Shown one piece after another: positions 7,776 through 17,197 of a stretch of 52,887 nt of DNA (position 1 is its first letter; each line of letters starts with the position of its first letter). The DNA comes from a virus. Lineage: Duplodnaviria; Caudoviricetes. Below the pieces are notes generated by a model. That model did not search any database, was not told where the DNA came from, and saw nothing but the letters and a program-made list of their open reading frames with translations. Both the position numbers and the translations under genes were made by a program. The stretch covers positions 1 through 52,887 of IMG/VR virus record IMGVR_UViG_3300020596_000029. One strand, 5' to 3'.

Positions 7776-9331
7776 CTGAGAAGATAAGCAAGGCAAATTT
7801 AGCCGACATCCACTTCGATAAGTCGAACGCGAACAAGAGCAGCGAACGTGGGCGCGGCATGATCGAAGCGTCTATGCGTGAGTTTGGCTTTGCCGACGCC
7901 GGAACACTCGACCGAAATAATGTCATAATTGGCGGAAACAAGCGCACGGAGGTAGCGGGTGAAATTGCGCTAAGTGACGAGGCTATCATCATAGACGTGG
8001 ATGGCACGAAGCCTGTGTACATTCGGCGCAATGACCTTGACCTGAGCGACCCAGAGGATGACAGGGCGCGCAAACTTGCCTATGCGCTGAATCGCACAAG
8101 TGAAGTGTCTATGACTTGGGACACCGAGCAACTCCTAGCCGACATGGGCGCGGGGCTTGACCTGTCGGGCATGTTTCGCGAGGACGAGCTAGACGCGATG
8201 CTGGCGGGGATGATGCCTGAGCCTATGACCGACGCGGGCGCGCAGGTGGATAAGGCAGACGAGTTGCGCCAAAAGTGGGGCGTTGAGTTGGGCCAAATGT
8301 GGCAGCTTGGCGAGCATCGGCTGATCTGCGGCGATTGCACAGATGCCGAGGTGGTGGCAAGGGTGATGCAAGGCGAGAAGGCTGTTTTGTGCCACGCCGA
8401 TCCGCCATACGGCATGGGCAAGGAGAATGAGGGCATCGCCAATGACAACCTGTATCGCGAGAAGCTAGACGCCTTCCAGATGGCATGGTGGCACGCGTGC
8501 CGTCCTGCGCTTGAGGACAATGCCAGCGCGTACATTTGGGGCAACGCTGAGGGCCTGTGGCGACTATGGTATTGCAGTGGATTGCGCGACAGCGAACGAT
8601 TGACGTTCCGCAATGAGATTGTCTGGGACAAAGGCGGCGGTGGATTTGGCGTTGGGACTGAGGGGTTACGCTGCTATTTCCCAGAGGAGCATTGTCTGTT
8701 TTTTATGTTGGGCGAGCAGGGATTTAACAACAACGCCGACAACTATTGGGAGGGGTGGGAGCCGATACGCGCCTATTTGGACGACGAACGGCTCAAGATG
8801 GGGTGGAATAATAAATTTGTTGCCGATCTATTCGGTTTCCATCCGAGAATGGCAGATCATTGGTTCAATATTTCGCAATGGTCAATGCCGAAAGACGAAC
8901 AATATAAACGGATGCAACAAGCCGCACGCGGCGACGCCTTCAAGCGGGACTATGACGACCTCAAGCGGGACTATGACGACCTCAAGCGGGACTATGACGA
9001 CCTCAAGCGGGACTTCTACGCCACGCGTGCCTACTTCGACAACGCCCACGACAATATGACCGACGTGTGGCGTTTCAACCGCGTGCATAACGAAGATCGA
9101 TATGGTCACGCCACGCCCAAGCCCGTTGATATGATTGCGCGAGTCATCAAGAGTAGCACGCCAGAGGGGGGCATCGTTTACGTTCCCTTCGCGGGGACGT
9201 TGCCAGAGGTGATCGCCTGCGAGCAACTTGGGCGCAAGTGCCGAGCCGTGGAAATAAGTCCCGCCTACGTCGCCGTTGCCTTGCAACGCTTTGCTGATTC
9301 GACAGAAAAAACGTGTGTGCTAGTTGACTAA
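7772..9331 (+). CDS. ParB-like domain fused to an N6-A/N4-C DNA methyltransferase
   Basis: ParB-like N-terminus, HRLICGDCT, catalytic DPPY, HATPKP, and degenerate SAM-binding VPFAGT. Confidence 0.9.
   Translation: MTEKISKANLADIHFDKSNANKSSERGRGMIEASMREFGFADAGTLDRNNVIIGGNKRTEVAGEIALSDEAIIIDVDGTKPVYIRRNDLDLSDPEDDRARKLAYALNRTSEVSMTWDTEQLLADMGAGLDLSGMFREDELDAMLAGMMPEPMTDAGAQVDKADELRQKWGVELGQMWQLGEHRLICGDCTDAEVVARVMQGEKAVLCHADPPYGMGKENEGIANDNLYREKLDAFQMAWWHACRPALEDNASAYIWGNAEGLWRLWYCSGLRDSERLTFRNEIVWDKGGGGFGVGTEGLRCYFPEEHCLFFMLGEQGFNNNADNYWEGWEPIRAYLDDERLKMGWNNKFVADLFGFHPRMADHWFNISQWSMPKDEQYKRMQQAARGDAFKRDYDDLKRDYDDLKRDYDDLKRDFYATRAYFDNAHDNMTDVWRFNRVHNEDRYGHATPKPVDMIARVIKSSTPEGGIVYVPFAGTLPEVIACEQLGRKCRAVEISPAYVAVALQRFADSTEKTCVLVD
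8138..8212. repeat. 75-bp exact direct repeat A, copy 2
   Basis: Identical to 6832-6906. Confidence 0.95.
8940..9014 (+). repeat. 21-bp in-frame tandem repeat, about 3.5 copies (KRDYDDL)
   Basis: Unit TCAAGCGGGACTATGACGACC. Confidence 0.95.
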
Positions 9332-9384
9332 TAAATTGGATATATTGCGCGATGGCTAGAGGCAACACAGATAAGTACACGATA
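9325..9384. repeat. 60-bp exact direct repeat B, copy 2
   Basis: Identical to 7692-7751. Confidence 0.95.
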
Positions 9385-9753
9385 GAGCAAATTATTACCG
9401 CCATCAAGGGCAGTAGCGGTATCAAGATGACGATCATGCGTCGCCTTGATTGCAGCCGCAACACGGTGGACAACTACCTGCGTCGCTATGCCACGGCGCA
9501 AGCTGCCTACGACGAGGAGACGGAGCTGCCGCTTGACTTTGCCGAGTCGATTGTGATTAACGACATGGCGAACAATCGCAGTGTCGAAACGGCGAAATGG
9601 TATCTCAAGGCGAAGGGTAGAAGCCGCGGGTACACAGACCGCAGCGAGACGGAGCATAGCGGGACAATCGAGCATAAACATGTCACTGAACTTAGCGACG
9701 AAGAACTTTCCCGTATCGCCGCCCTTAGCGGCAGCGGAACTGCTAAGGCGTAG
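9352..9753 (+). CDS. terS: Terminase small subunit
   Basis: N-terminal HTH, KWYLK..G..RGY motif, overlaps terL. Confidence 0.75.
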   Translation: MARGNTDKYTIEQIITAIKGSSGIKMTIMRRLDCSRNTVDNYLRRYATAQAAYDEETELPLDFAESIVINDMANNRSVETAKWYLKAKGRSRGYTDRSETEHSGTIEHKHVTELSDEELSRIAALSGSGTAKA

Positions 9754-11152
9754 ACAAGCACGCCGCAACCTAATGGACTTCACCACCTACACGATGCCTG
9801 AGTTCGAGCGCAGTTGGCATCATGAGGTCATGTGCGAGTACCTAGACGCCTTTGTGCGGATTGACATTACGCGGCTGATTATCTCATTGCCGCCACGCCA
9901 CACCAAGAGCGAATTTGTTAGCCGTCGCCTGCCTGCGCTCATCTTAGGGCAAAACCCCGACGCGCCAATCATCGCCGCCAGCTATGGAGCCGACTTAGCG
10001 CGGCGCATGAATCGCGACGTTCAGCGCATTATGGATGATGCGCCCTATCGCCGTCTGTTTCCAGAGACAACGCTTTCGGGTGCCAATGTTCGCACCGTGG
10101 CCCAGGGGTCTTGGCTTCGCAATAGCGACATGTTTGAGGTAGTGGAATACAACGGCTATTACCGCGGGGCTGGTGTCGGGGGTGCCATCACAGGCATGGG
10201 CATGAAATACGGCATTATAGACGACCCAATCAAAAACAGGCAGGACGCCAACAGCCCCACCATTCGGCAAAAGATTTGGGACTGGTACACGTCTACCTTT
10301 CGCACGCGCCTAGCCCCTGGTGGGTGCATTTTGGTCACCATGACCCGTTGGCATCAAGACGATTTGGTTGGCCGTTTGCTCGCCCTGGCCGCCAGTGACC
10401 CAGACGCCGACCAATGGACGGTGCTAACGTTGCCAGCCATCGCCGAGGAACCGATAGCCGACTATGACAGGCGCGAAGTAGGCGAGGCACTATGGCCCAC
10501 ACGCTTCGACCTAGCCGAACTCAACAAGACGCGCGTCAGTCTGGGTAGCTACGACTGGAACAGCCTCTACATGCAACGGCCCGCCCCACCCGAAGGCGGC
10601 ATGTTTAAGAGGCAATGGTTTGATATTGTGGGTGCTGCGCCACGTAACGCGCAGCGAGTCAGGTATTGGGACAAGGCCGGAAGCGCGAGCAAAGGTGACT
10701 ACACCTGCGGCGCACTTCTGGCGAAGGATACCAACGGCACATTTTATATTGAGGACATTGTGCGTGGGCAATGGTCGGCACTTGAGCGTGAAACTATCAT
10801 CAAGCAAACGGCTGAAGTAGACGCCCAGCGCGGCGGTGTCGTTATTTGGCAAGAGCAAGAGCCGGGCAGTGGCGGCTTGGAAAGCGCACAATCCACCACG
10901 CGCAACTTGGCGGGCCATGTGGTGAGGACGGAGCGCGTGACAGGTGACAAAGAAACACGCGCCATGCCCTTTGCGGCACAGTGCGAAGCCATGAATGTAA
11001 AGATAGTGCGCGGCGAGTGGAATACAGCCTACCTGAACGAACTGGCTAGCTTTCCGTATGGAGCGCATGACGACCAGATCGACGCGTCGTCATGCGCATT
11101 TAACAAATTGGTTGTGCCGATGCGCCAACAGGTTCGGAGCAGAGAATATTAA
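9680..11152 (+). CDS. terL: Terminase large subunit
   Basis: Walker A LPPRHTKS, Walker B IIDDPIK, MTRWH, nuclease motifs YWD and HDDQID. Start codon uncertain. Confidence 0.95.
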   Translation: MSLNLATKNFPVSPPLAAAELLRRRQARRNLMDFTTYTMPEFERSWHHEVMCEYLDAFVRIDITRLIISLPPRHTKSEFVSRRLPALILGQNPDAPIIAASYGADLARRMNRDVQRIMDDAPYRRLFPETTLSGANVRTVAQGSWLRNSDMFEVVEYNGYYRGAGVGGAITGMGMKYGIIDDPIKNRQDANSPTIRQKIWDWYTSTFRTRLAPGGCILVTMTRWHQDDLVGRLLALAASDPDADQWTVLTLPAIAEEPIADYDRREVGEALWPTRFDLAELNKTRVSLGSYDWNSLYMQRPAPPEGGMFKRQWFDIVGAAPRNAQRVRYWDKAGSASKGDYTCGALLAKDTNGTFYIEDIVRGQWSALERETIIKQTAEVDAQRGGVVIWQEQEPGSGGLESAQSTTRNLAGHVVRTERVTGDKETRAMPFAAQCEAMNVKIVRGEWNTAYLNELASFPYGAHDDQIDASSCAFNKLVVPMRQQVRSREY

Positions 11153-12942
11153 TGATTGACATTAGCCGCTTATCACCACAGGAACTTGACCGCTTCTTGC
11201 ACCTTCAAGCCATTATAGACCGCCAGAAAGAGGCGCAGGATACGGTCAAGGAGTTGCGAAACTACTATTACGGCGCGCACCCTGTTTTGCTTACCACTCG
11301 ACAAAAGGAGTTTCTCGGTGCGCTCGTCAACCCCGACCAGTTCCGCTTTAGCCATAATCTTGTTCGCACCATTATCGACACCTTGCGCGAACGTCTGAAC
11401 GTGATCGGCTTTACGGTCAACGGCGCGGCGGCGGGTGATTTGGAGGATGACAACCCGACACCAGAAGCGCAACTCGCCGCGCTCAAATGGTCGTGGTGGA
11501 ATAGCAACCGTATGGACAGCCAGCAAATTAGGTTGCACCGCCGCGCGCTGCGCGATGGGGAAAGCTACGCCATTGTGGACTTCAGCACGGAAACGGGCAG
11601 GCCGCGTATCAGCCTGCACAAAGCAGATGACGGCAAGACAGGTGTCACCTTCCATCGTGACCCAACCGACAGCAATAAAGTGTTGTTCGCTGCACGCTAT
11701 TTTTATACCTATGACCCGTTGAAACCAGGCACAACGGGAATGGAGCGCAAGACCGTTTACCTGGCGAACGAGATTCGCAAATACATGAAGCGTGGCAGCG
11801 GTGATTGGGAACAGTATAGAGACCCTGAGGATAACGACGTTTGGCCTTTGCCGTGGCGCGACAATAACGGACAGCCGCTTGGCGTGCCTGTGTTTGAGTT
11901 TGAGAACCCAGGCGGAAGCGAAATGGCGCAGGTGATCGGCTTGCAGAACGCCGTCAACAAAGCATGGCTTGACGTAATTGCGGGTGCGGATAGCAGCGGC
12001 TTTCCGTTGCTTGTCACCGAGTACATGGGTGAGGGCGGGATGCCTGTGGTTAAAGATGACGACAATCTCGATGGCACCGACGAAGTACGGATGGCACCTG
12101 GGCGCATGATTGAAGTAGACAACGCCCGCGTGCATCGCATCGAAGCCTCTAGCCTATCGCCCATGCTGGAAGTCGTCTGGGCGTTGGTCGCAGCAATGGC
12201 GGGTGTGGCCCGCGTGCCACAGTACACCTTGCGTCCTGCGGGCGGCAACGATGTGCCAAGCGGCGAGGCACTCAAGATGCTCGAATCAGGGCTTGTCAAG
12301 CGCGCGCAGGAACGTCAATTGATTTACGGACAAAGCTGGGCGGATGTGATGATCATGTGTGTCAAGGTAGCGCGCACCTTTGGCAGCGAGAATGTACCCG
12401 AACTTGACAACGCCGATGTGGGCGTCGTCTGGGCGTCGGCGGAAGTAAGAAATGAGAAGGTGGACGCTGAAACCGCGGCCTTGTATAAAGGCTTGGGCAT
12501 GAGCGATGAATACGTGTGGGCGAAGGCGGGCGTAGAGCCGGAACAGATTGCAGCCTTCAAAGACAACGCACGCGCCGACCGCGCAAAAGATGTAGCAGCA
12601 ATTGCCGGGGCTCTCAAGACCAATGGAGTGAATAATCTTCCACAGACCAACCCGCAGGCATTTGGCAATGGTGGACAAAGCGCGGACGCATCGCCAGAGA
12701 ACCTTGCCAGCACGCAAGGATTGAACGGCATTCAGATTCGCGCCGCCGTCGAACTTCTGGCGCAAGTCACGAATGGCGAGATTGCGCCATCTATTGCGCT
12801 AGAGTTGATCGTGTCGTTGGGTATTGACCGCGCAAAGGCTGAAGCAATGGTCAACGAAGCGGGTAGTTTTGTCACGGTAAATAAGCCGCAAGTCCCTGTT
12901 ACGAATGTCAAGAATGAGAGGAATACAAATGGCACCGATTGA
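11152..12942 (+). CDS. Portal protein (SPP1 gp6-like) with C-terminal extension
   Basis: Follows terL. Motifs YYYGAH, ALRDG.SY, PSGEALK. Confidence 0.9.
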   Translation: MIDISRLSPQELDRFLHLQAIIDRQKEAQDTVKELRNYYYGAHPVLLTTRQKEFLGALVNPDQFRFSHNLVRTIIDTLRERLNVIGFTVNGAAAGDLEDDNPTPEAQLAALKWSWWNSNRMDSQQIRLHRRALRDGESYAIVDFSTETGRPRISLHKADDGKTGVTFHRDPTDSNKVLFAARYFYTYDPLKPGTTGMERKTVYLANEIRKYMKRGSGDWEQYRDPEDNDVWPLPWRDNNGQPLGVPVFEFENPGGSEMAQVIGLQNAVNKAWLDVIAGADSSGFPLLVTEYMGEGGMPVVKDDDNLDGTDEVRMAPGRMIEVDNARVHRIEASSLSPMLEVVWALVAAMAGVARVPQYTLRPAGGNDVPSGEALKMLESGLVKRAQERQLIYGQSWADVMIMCVKVARTFGSENVPELDNADVGVVWASAEVRNEKVDAETAALYKGLGMSDEYVWAKAGVEPEQIAAFKDNARADRAKDVAAIAGALKTNGVNNLPQTNPQAFGNGGQSADASPENLASTQGLNGIQIRAAVELLAQVTNGEIAPSIALELIVSLGIDRAKAEAMVNEAGSFVTVNKPQVPVTNVKNERNTNGTD

Positions 12943-13378
12943 GTTGATCAAAGGCAGTAGCCGGCAAACAGTCTATTCAGAGCCGAAGGCAGACGCGCTT
13001 GTAGCCGATGGCTGGCAGCGCGTGCGCGACTTGCCGCCAGAGCAGCAGCGCGAGTTAGCCGACTTGCCGCCGTCCCCCTGGAATGGCTACGAAGACATGC
13101 GCGTTGAAGAAGTCCTAGAGAGAGCAAAGGGCTTGCCGCCTGAGCAGATTAAGCAGATCGTCACCTATGAGAGCGCAACAAAGGGGCGCGTTAGCGTCGT
13201 CAACAAGCTGACGGGCAACAATGCGTCACAGGCGCAAGTTGAGGAACAGCCGCCAGTGACGGTGGAAACGGTCAAGGAAGGAGAATTGCAGACCGTCGAA
13301 ACCGTTGAGATTGTGGCGACTGAGGATGCGTCTGCAACACGTAAGCGTGGAGTGCCACGGGGAACCACGAGCGAATGA
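12929..13378 (+). CDS. Hypothetical head-module protein
   Basis: GAGGA RBS. Small helical motif PWNGYEDMRVEEVL..YE..KGRVSV. Confidence 0.6.
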   Translation: MAPIELIKGSSRQTVYSEPKADALVADGWQRVRDLPPEQQRELADLPPSPWNGYEDMRVEEVLERAKGLPPEQIKQIVTYESATKGRVSVVNKLTGNNASQAQVEEQPPVTVETVKEGELQTVETVEIVATEDASATRKRGVPRGTTSE

Positions 13379-14913
13379 ACCCACTTTTAAGCGCGCTTGT
13401 CCAGGCTGGCTTAATGACGCCCGCAGACGCGGCGCGCCTCAATAGGCAAATCAACACAACCGCCGCACGCGAATACGCGGAAGATGAAATGCTACGTGCC
13501 TTTCAAGGCGGGCTTGCTTCACAGCGTGATCGCCTTGTGGACGCGGTGCGAGGCACAGACGGCCTATTGAGTATCGCACAGCAAAACAGGCTGTGGCAGG
13601 GAGAAAACGCGCGGCTATGGGCGAGTGTACGTGAAACGGTGCTAGACGTGGCCAGCGAACGGGCCGTATTAGCCACTGCCAGCGCGGGCGATGTTTCGAT
13701 GTGGGAACTTGTCAACGAGCAAGTTGTCGAGTACGCAGATACCTATTATCTGAGCGACGCCGCCAATGACGTTGGCAGCATACCCAACTTGAACCAGACG
13801 AGCAGAACCCGTTTTACGCGTGCCTTTGTCGATTGGCAACGGGGCGAGTTGGAAACGGCGGGCTTTGCCGATGGCTTGCCGAATTTGATTCGCAGCTTAG
13901 AAAATATATTTGGCGCAAGTCGGGCAGAGGCGATTGGCGTCACTGAGACGACGCGCCTGTTTTCCTATGCCGAGCTTGCCGCGGGCCATGCGAACCCGTT
14001 CATCGAAGGCTGGCTATACAACACGGCGAATGATAGTTATGTTAGCGACTTGTGCCGTCCTGCGAATCAGTCGGTAATGATGAAGGGGCAAAACACGTTT
14101 CCCGATGGGCTGGGGCCGCCACCGCGCCATGTTCGGTGCAGATCATTTATCACCTCCATTTCACAAGGTGCATTGGACGTACTGCGAGCGCAGGGATTGA
14201 TTAACGATAATCCACAGCCGTCTAGTCGCGGCGCGCGTTCCGCACCAGTCGAGGTGGAATCACCCGCCTTTGTGACGGTGACGCCTGTGGCCGAGCCTGT
14301 GGTGGCGCAAGGGCCAAAACCCCTTGTTACTGGTGACCAAGAGTTCAAGCCATTCAGTGAGACGAGATGGCAAAGCGCGGATCATATCGAGTTAAATAAG
14401 CGCAGCGAAGCATGGGCAAACACGCTGAATGACGAGCAAAAGGCGAGTGTCACTGAATGGACACGCTCATGGAGAATCACTCGCGAGAATATCGCCAACG
14501 GCAACATCGGGCCGGATGAACAAAGATTATTGGACGCATTAAAATCTGCGCCCAAGATGGAGGGGATCGTCTATCGGGGCATCAATCCTGGCGGCTCGTT
14601 TCAATCCGTACAAGACGTTCTCGACACATACAGGCGGGGTGTTGGCACAACAATCGAATGGGACACGCTAAATTCAACCAGTATTCTTCCAGATACGGCG
14701 GCGGCATTTGGTAACACTGTATTTGAGGTCAAGACCAAAAATGCGCGTTACATCAATTCGTTGAGCAAATACTATGGCAAACCTGACGATGAATTTGAGG
14801 CGGTCATTATGCCAAATGCCAAATTAAAGATCGCTAATGTGGGCCGCGCCCCCGTTGAGTTCCTGGATGGGCCGCAAGAGCGTTGGATCATTCAACTGGA
14901 GGAAGTGGAGTAA
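13375..14913 (+). CDS. MuF (SPP1 gp7-like) head protein fused to a C-terminal ADP-ribosyltransferase toxin domain
   Basis: MuF motifs [30 protein letters not shown]. Pro-rich linker. R-S-E ART motifs VYRG, NSTS, EFE. Confidence 0.85.
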   Translation: MNPLLSALVQAGLMTPADAARLNRQINTTAAREYAEDEMLRAFQGGLASQRDRLVDAVRGTDGLLSIAQQNRLWQGENARLWASVRETVLDVASERAVLATASAGDVSMWELVNEQVVEYADTYYLSDAANDVGSIPNLNQTSRTRFTRAFVDWQRGELETAGFADGLPNLIRSLENIFGASRAEAIGVTETTRLFSYAELAAGHANPFIEGWLYNTANDSYVSDLCRPANQSVMMKGQNTFPDGLGPPPRHVRCRSFITSISQGALDVLRAQGLINDNPQPSSRGARSAPVEVESPAFVTVTPVAEPVVAQGPKPLVTGDQEFKPFSETRWQSADHIELNKRSEAWANTLNDEQKASVTEWTRSWRITRENIANGNIGPDEQRLLDALKSAPKMEGIVYRGINPGGSFQSVQDVLDTYRRGVGTTIEWDTLNSTSILPDTAAAFGNTVFEVKTKNARYINSLSKYYGKPDDEFEAVIMPNAKLKIANVGRAPVEFLDGPQERWIIQLEEVE

Positions 14914-15107
14914 TGGACGAGAAGATGGTCTCCGATGGGCGGCATGAGCGCTTTTTATCAAGCTGCCCGAATTGCAAACATAAGCACAAGGATGCGGCGA
15001 CGTGTGATGCTTTCCCGCGTGCGATTCCGGCTGTGATTTTGTCAGGTGGGAACGATCACAAGCAGCCCTACCCAGGCGATGGGGGCATAACGTTCGAGGC
15101 GATTTGA
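14913..15107 (+). CDS. Small Cys/His protein, candidate immunity for the MuF-ART
   Basis: TAATG coupling to the toxin stop. Motif [28 protein letters not shown]. Confidence 0.65.
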   Translation: MDEKMVSDGRHERFLSSCPNCKHKHKDAATCDAFPRAIPAVILSGGNDHKQPYPGDGGITFEAI

Positions 15108-15250
15108 GTGGGTCTCGCTGTCTCACGATACATTCTGTCGATTGCAGTCGCGATCACGTTGGCGTCACTAGCACCCATGTTGGTGGCTAGTTCCTTGATT
15201 TGGCGCAATGTCATGTCAGTTAGGCGGTAGGAGGTTACTTTGCGGGTCAT
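15068..15250 (-). CDS. Ribbon-helix-helix regulator
   Basis: [27 protein letters not shown] pattern. Confidence 0.65.
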   Translation of the reverse strand: MTRKVTSYRLTDMTLRQIKELATNMGASDANVIATAIDRMYRETARPTQIASNVMPPSPG

Positions 15251-15293
15251 GGATTTTGTAGGCAGTTTTGACGACATGCCCAGGTCGATTAGG

Positions 15294-15506
15294 CTAGCGG
15301 AGCGTAATAAGCCCGTCAGCGTGAACAACCGCGTCATCTTCCCACTCCCACTCCATCTCGATTTGAGAGGAATTGAGCGTGAGCGGAGTACCAGCGTCAA
15401 GCACGCTTGCTGTAACAACCCAGGCGTACCCGTCGCGCTGCTCAATGACACGAACACGAATAGATGTAGAGAGAAATCCAACCACACCATAAGCGATTGC
15501 GTACAT
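15294..15506 (-). CDS. Small hypothetical protein (moron)
   Basis: Downstream of a consensus promoter; beta-rich 70 aa. Confidence 0.55.
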   Translation of the reverse strand: MYAIAYGVVGFLSTSIRVRVIEQRDGYAWVVTASVLDAGTPLTLNSSQIEMEWEWEDDAVVHADGLITLR

Positions 15507-15580
15507 AGGAAGCCCCTTTCAGGCTATCCAGGTATCCCCCTGGCGGGGCGGCGCATGATGCGCTGTGCGGCTTCCTATTC

Positions 15581-15611
15581 ACATTGTAATACTATAGTAT
15601 TACAATGTCAA
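15581..15611 (-). promoter_or_regulatory. Sigma70 promoter TTGACA-N17-TACAAT overlapped by a perfect 28-bp palindrome
   Basis: ACATTGTAATACTATAGTATTACAATGT (15581-15608) is self-complementary. Confidence 0.85.
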
Positions 15612-15669
15612 GCATCAATTTACGGCATCCAGTTTGAGCCGCTAGACAAAGCGCAGGAGGCTGACGCCA

Positions 15670-16083
15670 ATGGCTGAAATCACCATAACCGTTGACGCTC
15701 GTGCCGTACAGCAACTACTCGACCGCGCACCGCAAGCGTTAGAGACTGCCATTCGCGGCAGTCTCGAAGATTCGTCTACCCTATTCCGTGCAACGATGCA
15801 ACGCTACCCGGCCCCGCCGCCAAACAGCAGTTATAGACGCACCGGCACATTGGGTAGGTCTTGGTCAGTCAAGCCGATTTCGCGCACGGCAAGCGGCTGG
15901 AGTGTTGTCATTGGCAGCAATGGCAATATGGCACCATACAATAGAGCCGTGCAGAAACGAAGCGAGCAAGCTAGGATTCACCGCGGTCGCTGGGTCACAG
16001 CCGAAACCGCAACGGAGCAAAGCGCGTCGCAGATTCAGCGTTTTGTAGACGCGCGCATTCGCGCGGCAATGGCGGGGGTGTAA
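15670..16083 (+). CDS. Neck or tail-completion protein (HK97 gp10-like)
   Basis: YRRTGTLGRSW motif, AGGAGG RBS. Confidence 0.65.
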   Translation: MAEITITVDARAVQQLLDRAPQALETAIRGSLEDSSTLFRATMQRYPAPPPNSSYRRTGTLGRSWSVKPISRTASGWSVVIGSNGNMAPYNRAVQKRSEQARIHRGRWVTAETATEQSASQIQRFVDARIRAAMAGV

Positions 16084-16275
16084 GTGGAGAGCAAGACGCC
16101 GTATGAAGTGATAGAAGCCAACCTATTGCAAACGTCGCGCAATTCATGTACAATAGAGCAGGATCAGCTTTGTGCGCCACTTGACTTGTTCCAGATAGAG
16201 CGCATGTTGATTCCGTTCCTGAATCAGATTCGCAAGGCGCAAGGCAAAAAGCCGGTGATTGTACCAAAGGGCTAG
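16084..16275 (+). CDS. Small hypothetical protein
   Basis: Abuts the previous gene and precedes a terminator. Confidence 0.45.
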   Translation: MESKTPYEVIEANLLQTSRNSCTIEQDQLCAPLDLFQIERMLIPFLNQIRKAQGKKPVIVPKG

Positions 16276-16329
16276 TTAACACCTAACCAAATATTGCACT
16301 AGCCCCACTTAAACGGCTACAAGTTTAAC

Positions 16330-16373
16330 AGCGGCGAGATCGACCTTAACGGGTCGGCCTCGTTGCTTTTTTT
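16330..16373 (+). terminator. Intrinsic terminator or attenuator ahead of the scaffold-capsid genes
   Basis: AGCGGCGAG..CGACC-TTAACG-GGTCG..CTCGTTGCT followed by a T run. Confidence 0.7.
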
Positions 16374-16397
16374 ATTGGTTTTTTCAGGAGCCTACCA

Positions 16398-16538
16398 ATG
16401 GCCGCAGACGATTACCACCGACCTAGCAGGCCAAAGGGGGACACCAAGAACGTGTTTCCCTTCAACGTGAAAAAGACCCAGCCACCACCACCGCCGGCGA
16501 CGCTGACACCATCGCAGCCGGTTGACTATAACGAATAG
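16398..16538 (+). CDS. 46-aa Pro-rich peptide (absent from the ORF track)
   Basis: AGGAG RBS. MAADDYHRPSRPKGDTKNVFPFNVKKTQPPPPP... Confidence 0.45.
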   Translation: MAADDYHRPSRPKGDTKNVFPFNVKKTQPPPPPATLTPSQPVDYNE

Positions 16539-16564
16539 CAGGTTTTAGTAAAGGACTGAGCTAG

Positions 16565-17188
16565 ATGCTTATCAACAGCAAATTGAACTGGCGTGATGCC
16601 GTTTTATTTGAAGCGGAGTTAGGAGGCGGAGCCTCAACTGACAACGCGAGCGACACAGCAGCGGCAACAGGTGTGATACCAACGCCCGCAGAGCTGGTTG
16701 CAGAGTTAGAGCGAACCAAAGCCGCATTGAAGGCCGCCAACAGCGAGGCGCAACAACGCCGCCTCAAGTTGGATGCCATCGAAAAAGCGGACAAAGAACG
16801 CGAAGAGAAGGAGTTGAGCGAGGCACAAAAGGCGAACAAGCGGATGCAAGAGGCAGAGGATGCTTACAAGGCACTCGAAGCTAAGCACCGTACATCGGCA
16901 ATCAACAGTGCCGTAAAAGTAGCCGCGATGGCTGCGGGCTTTGCTGATTCAGATGACGCCGTGAAACTAGCCGACCTTTCTGGTGTGCAAGTTGGGGACG
17001 ACGAAGTAGTGGTGGGTGCCAAAGAAGCAGTTGCGAAACTTGCTACAGCCAAGCCGCACCTACTCGCGCCGACACGTCTCAACGCACCAAACATCAACGC
17101 CACAGGTGGTGGCGCACCTCGCTCGCTGACGGTCGAAGACCTGAAGCAACAGCGGCGAGACACGGACACGATTTATCAACCATTTTAG
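16565..17188 (+). CDS. Capsid scaffolding protein
   Basis: Charged coiled coil, ELSEAQK and KPHL motifs, position before the capsid genes. Confidence 0.8.
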   Translation: MLINSKLNWRDAVLFEAELGGGASTDNASDTAAATGVIPTPAELVAELERTKAALKAANSEAQQRRLKLDAIEKADKEREEKELSEAQKANKRMQEAEDAYKALEAKHRTSAINSAVKVAAMAAGFADSDDAVKLADLSGVQVGDDEVVVGAKEAVAKLATAKPHLLAPTRLNAPNINATGGGAPRSLTVEDLKQQRRDTDTIYQPF

Positions 17189-17197
17189 AGGTGAGAC

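Noticed and set aside
8940-9014. Phase-variable ON/OFF repeat in the methyltransferase
   Set aside because: The 21-bp unit preserves frame and encodes a heptad coiled coil, so it could only change length.
11173-12135. 320-aa minus-strand ORF
   Set aside because: Antisense shadow of the portal gene with no motifs.
15507-15580. Third ribozyme in the moron leader
   Set aside because: Structured, but it lacks the CUGANGA core and any other ribozyme consensus I can recognise.
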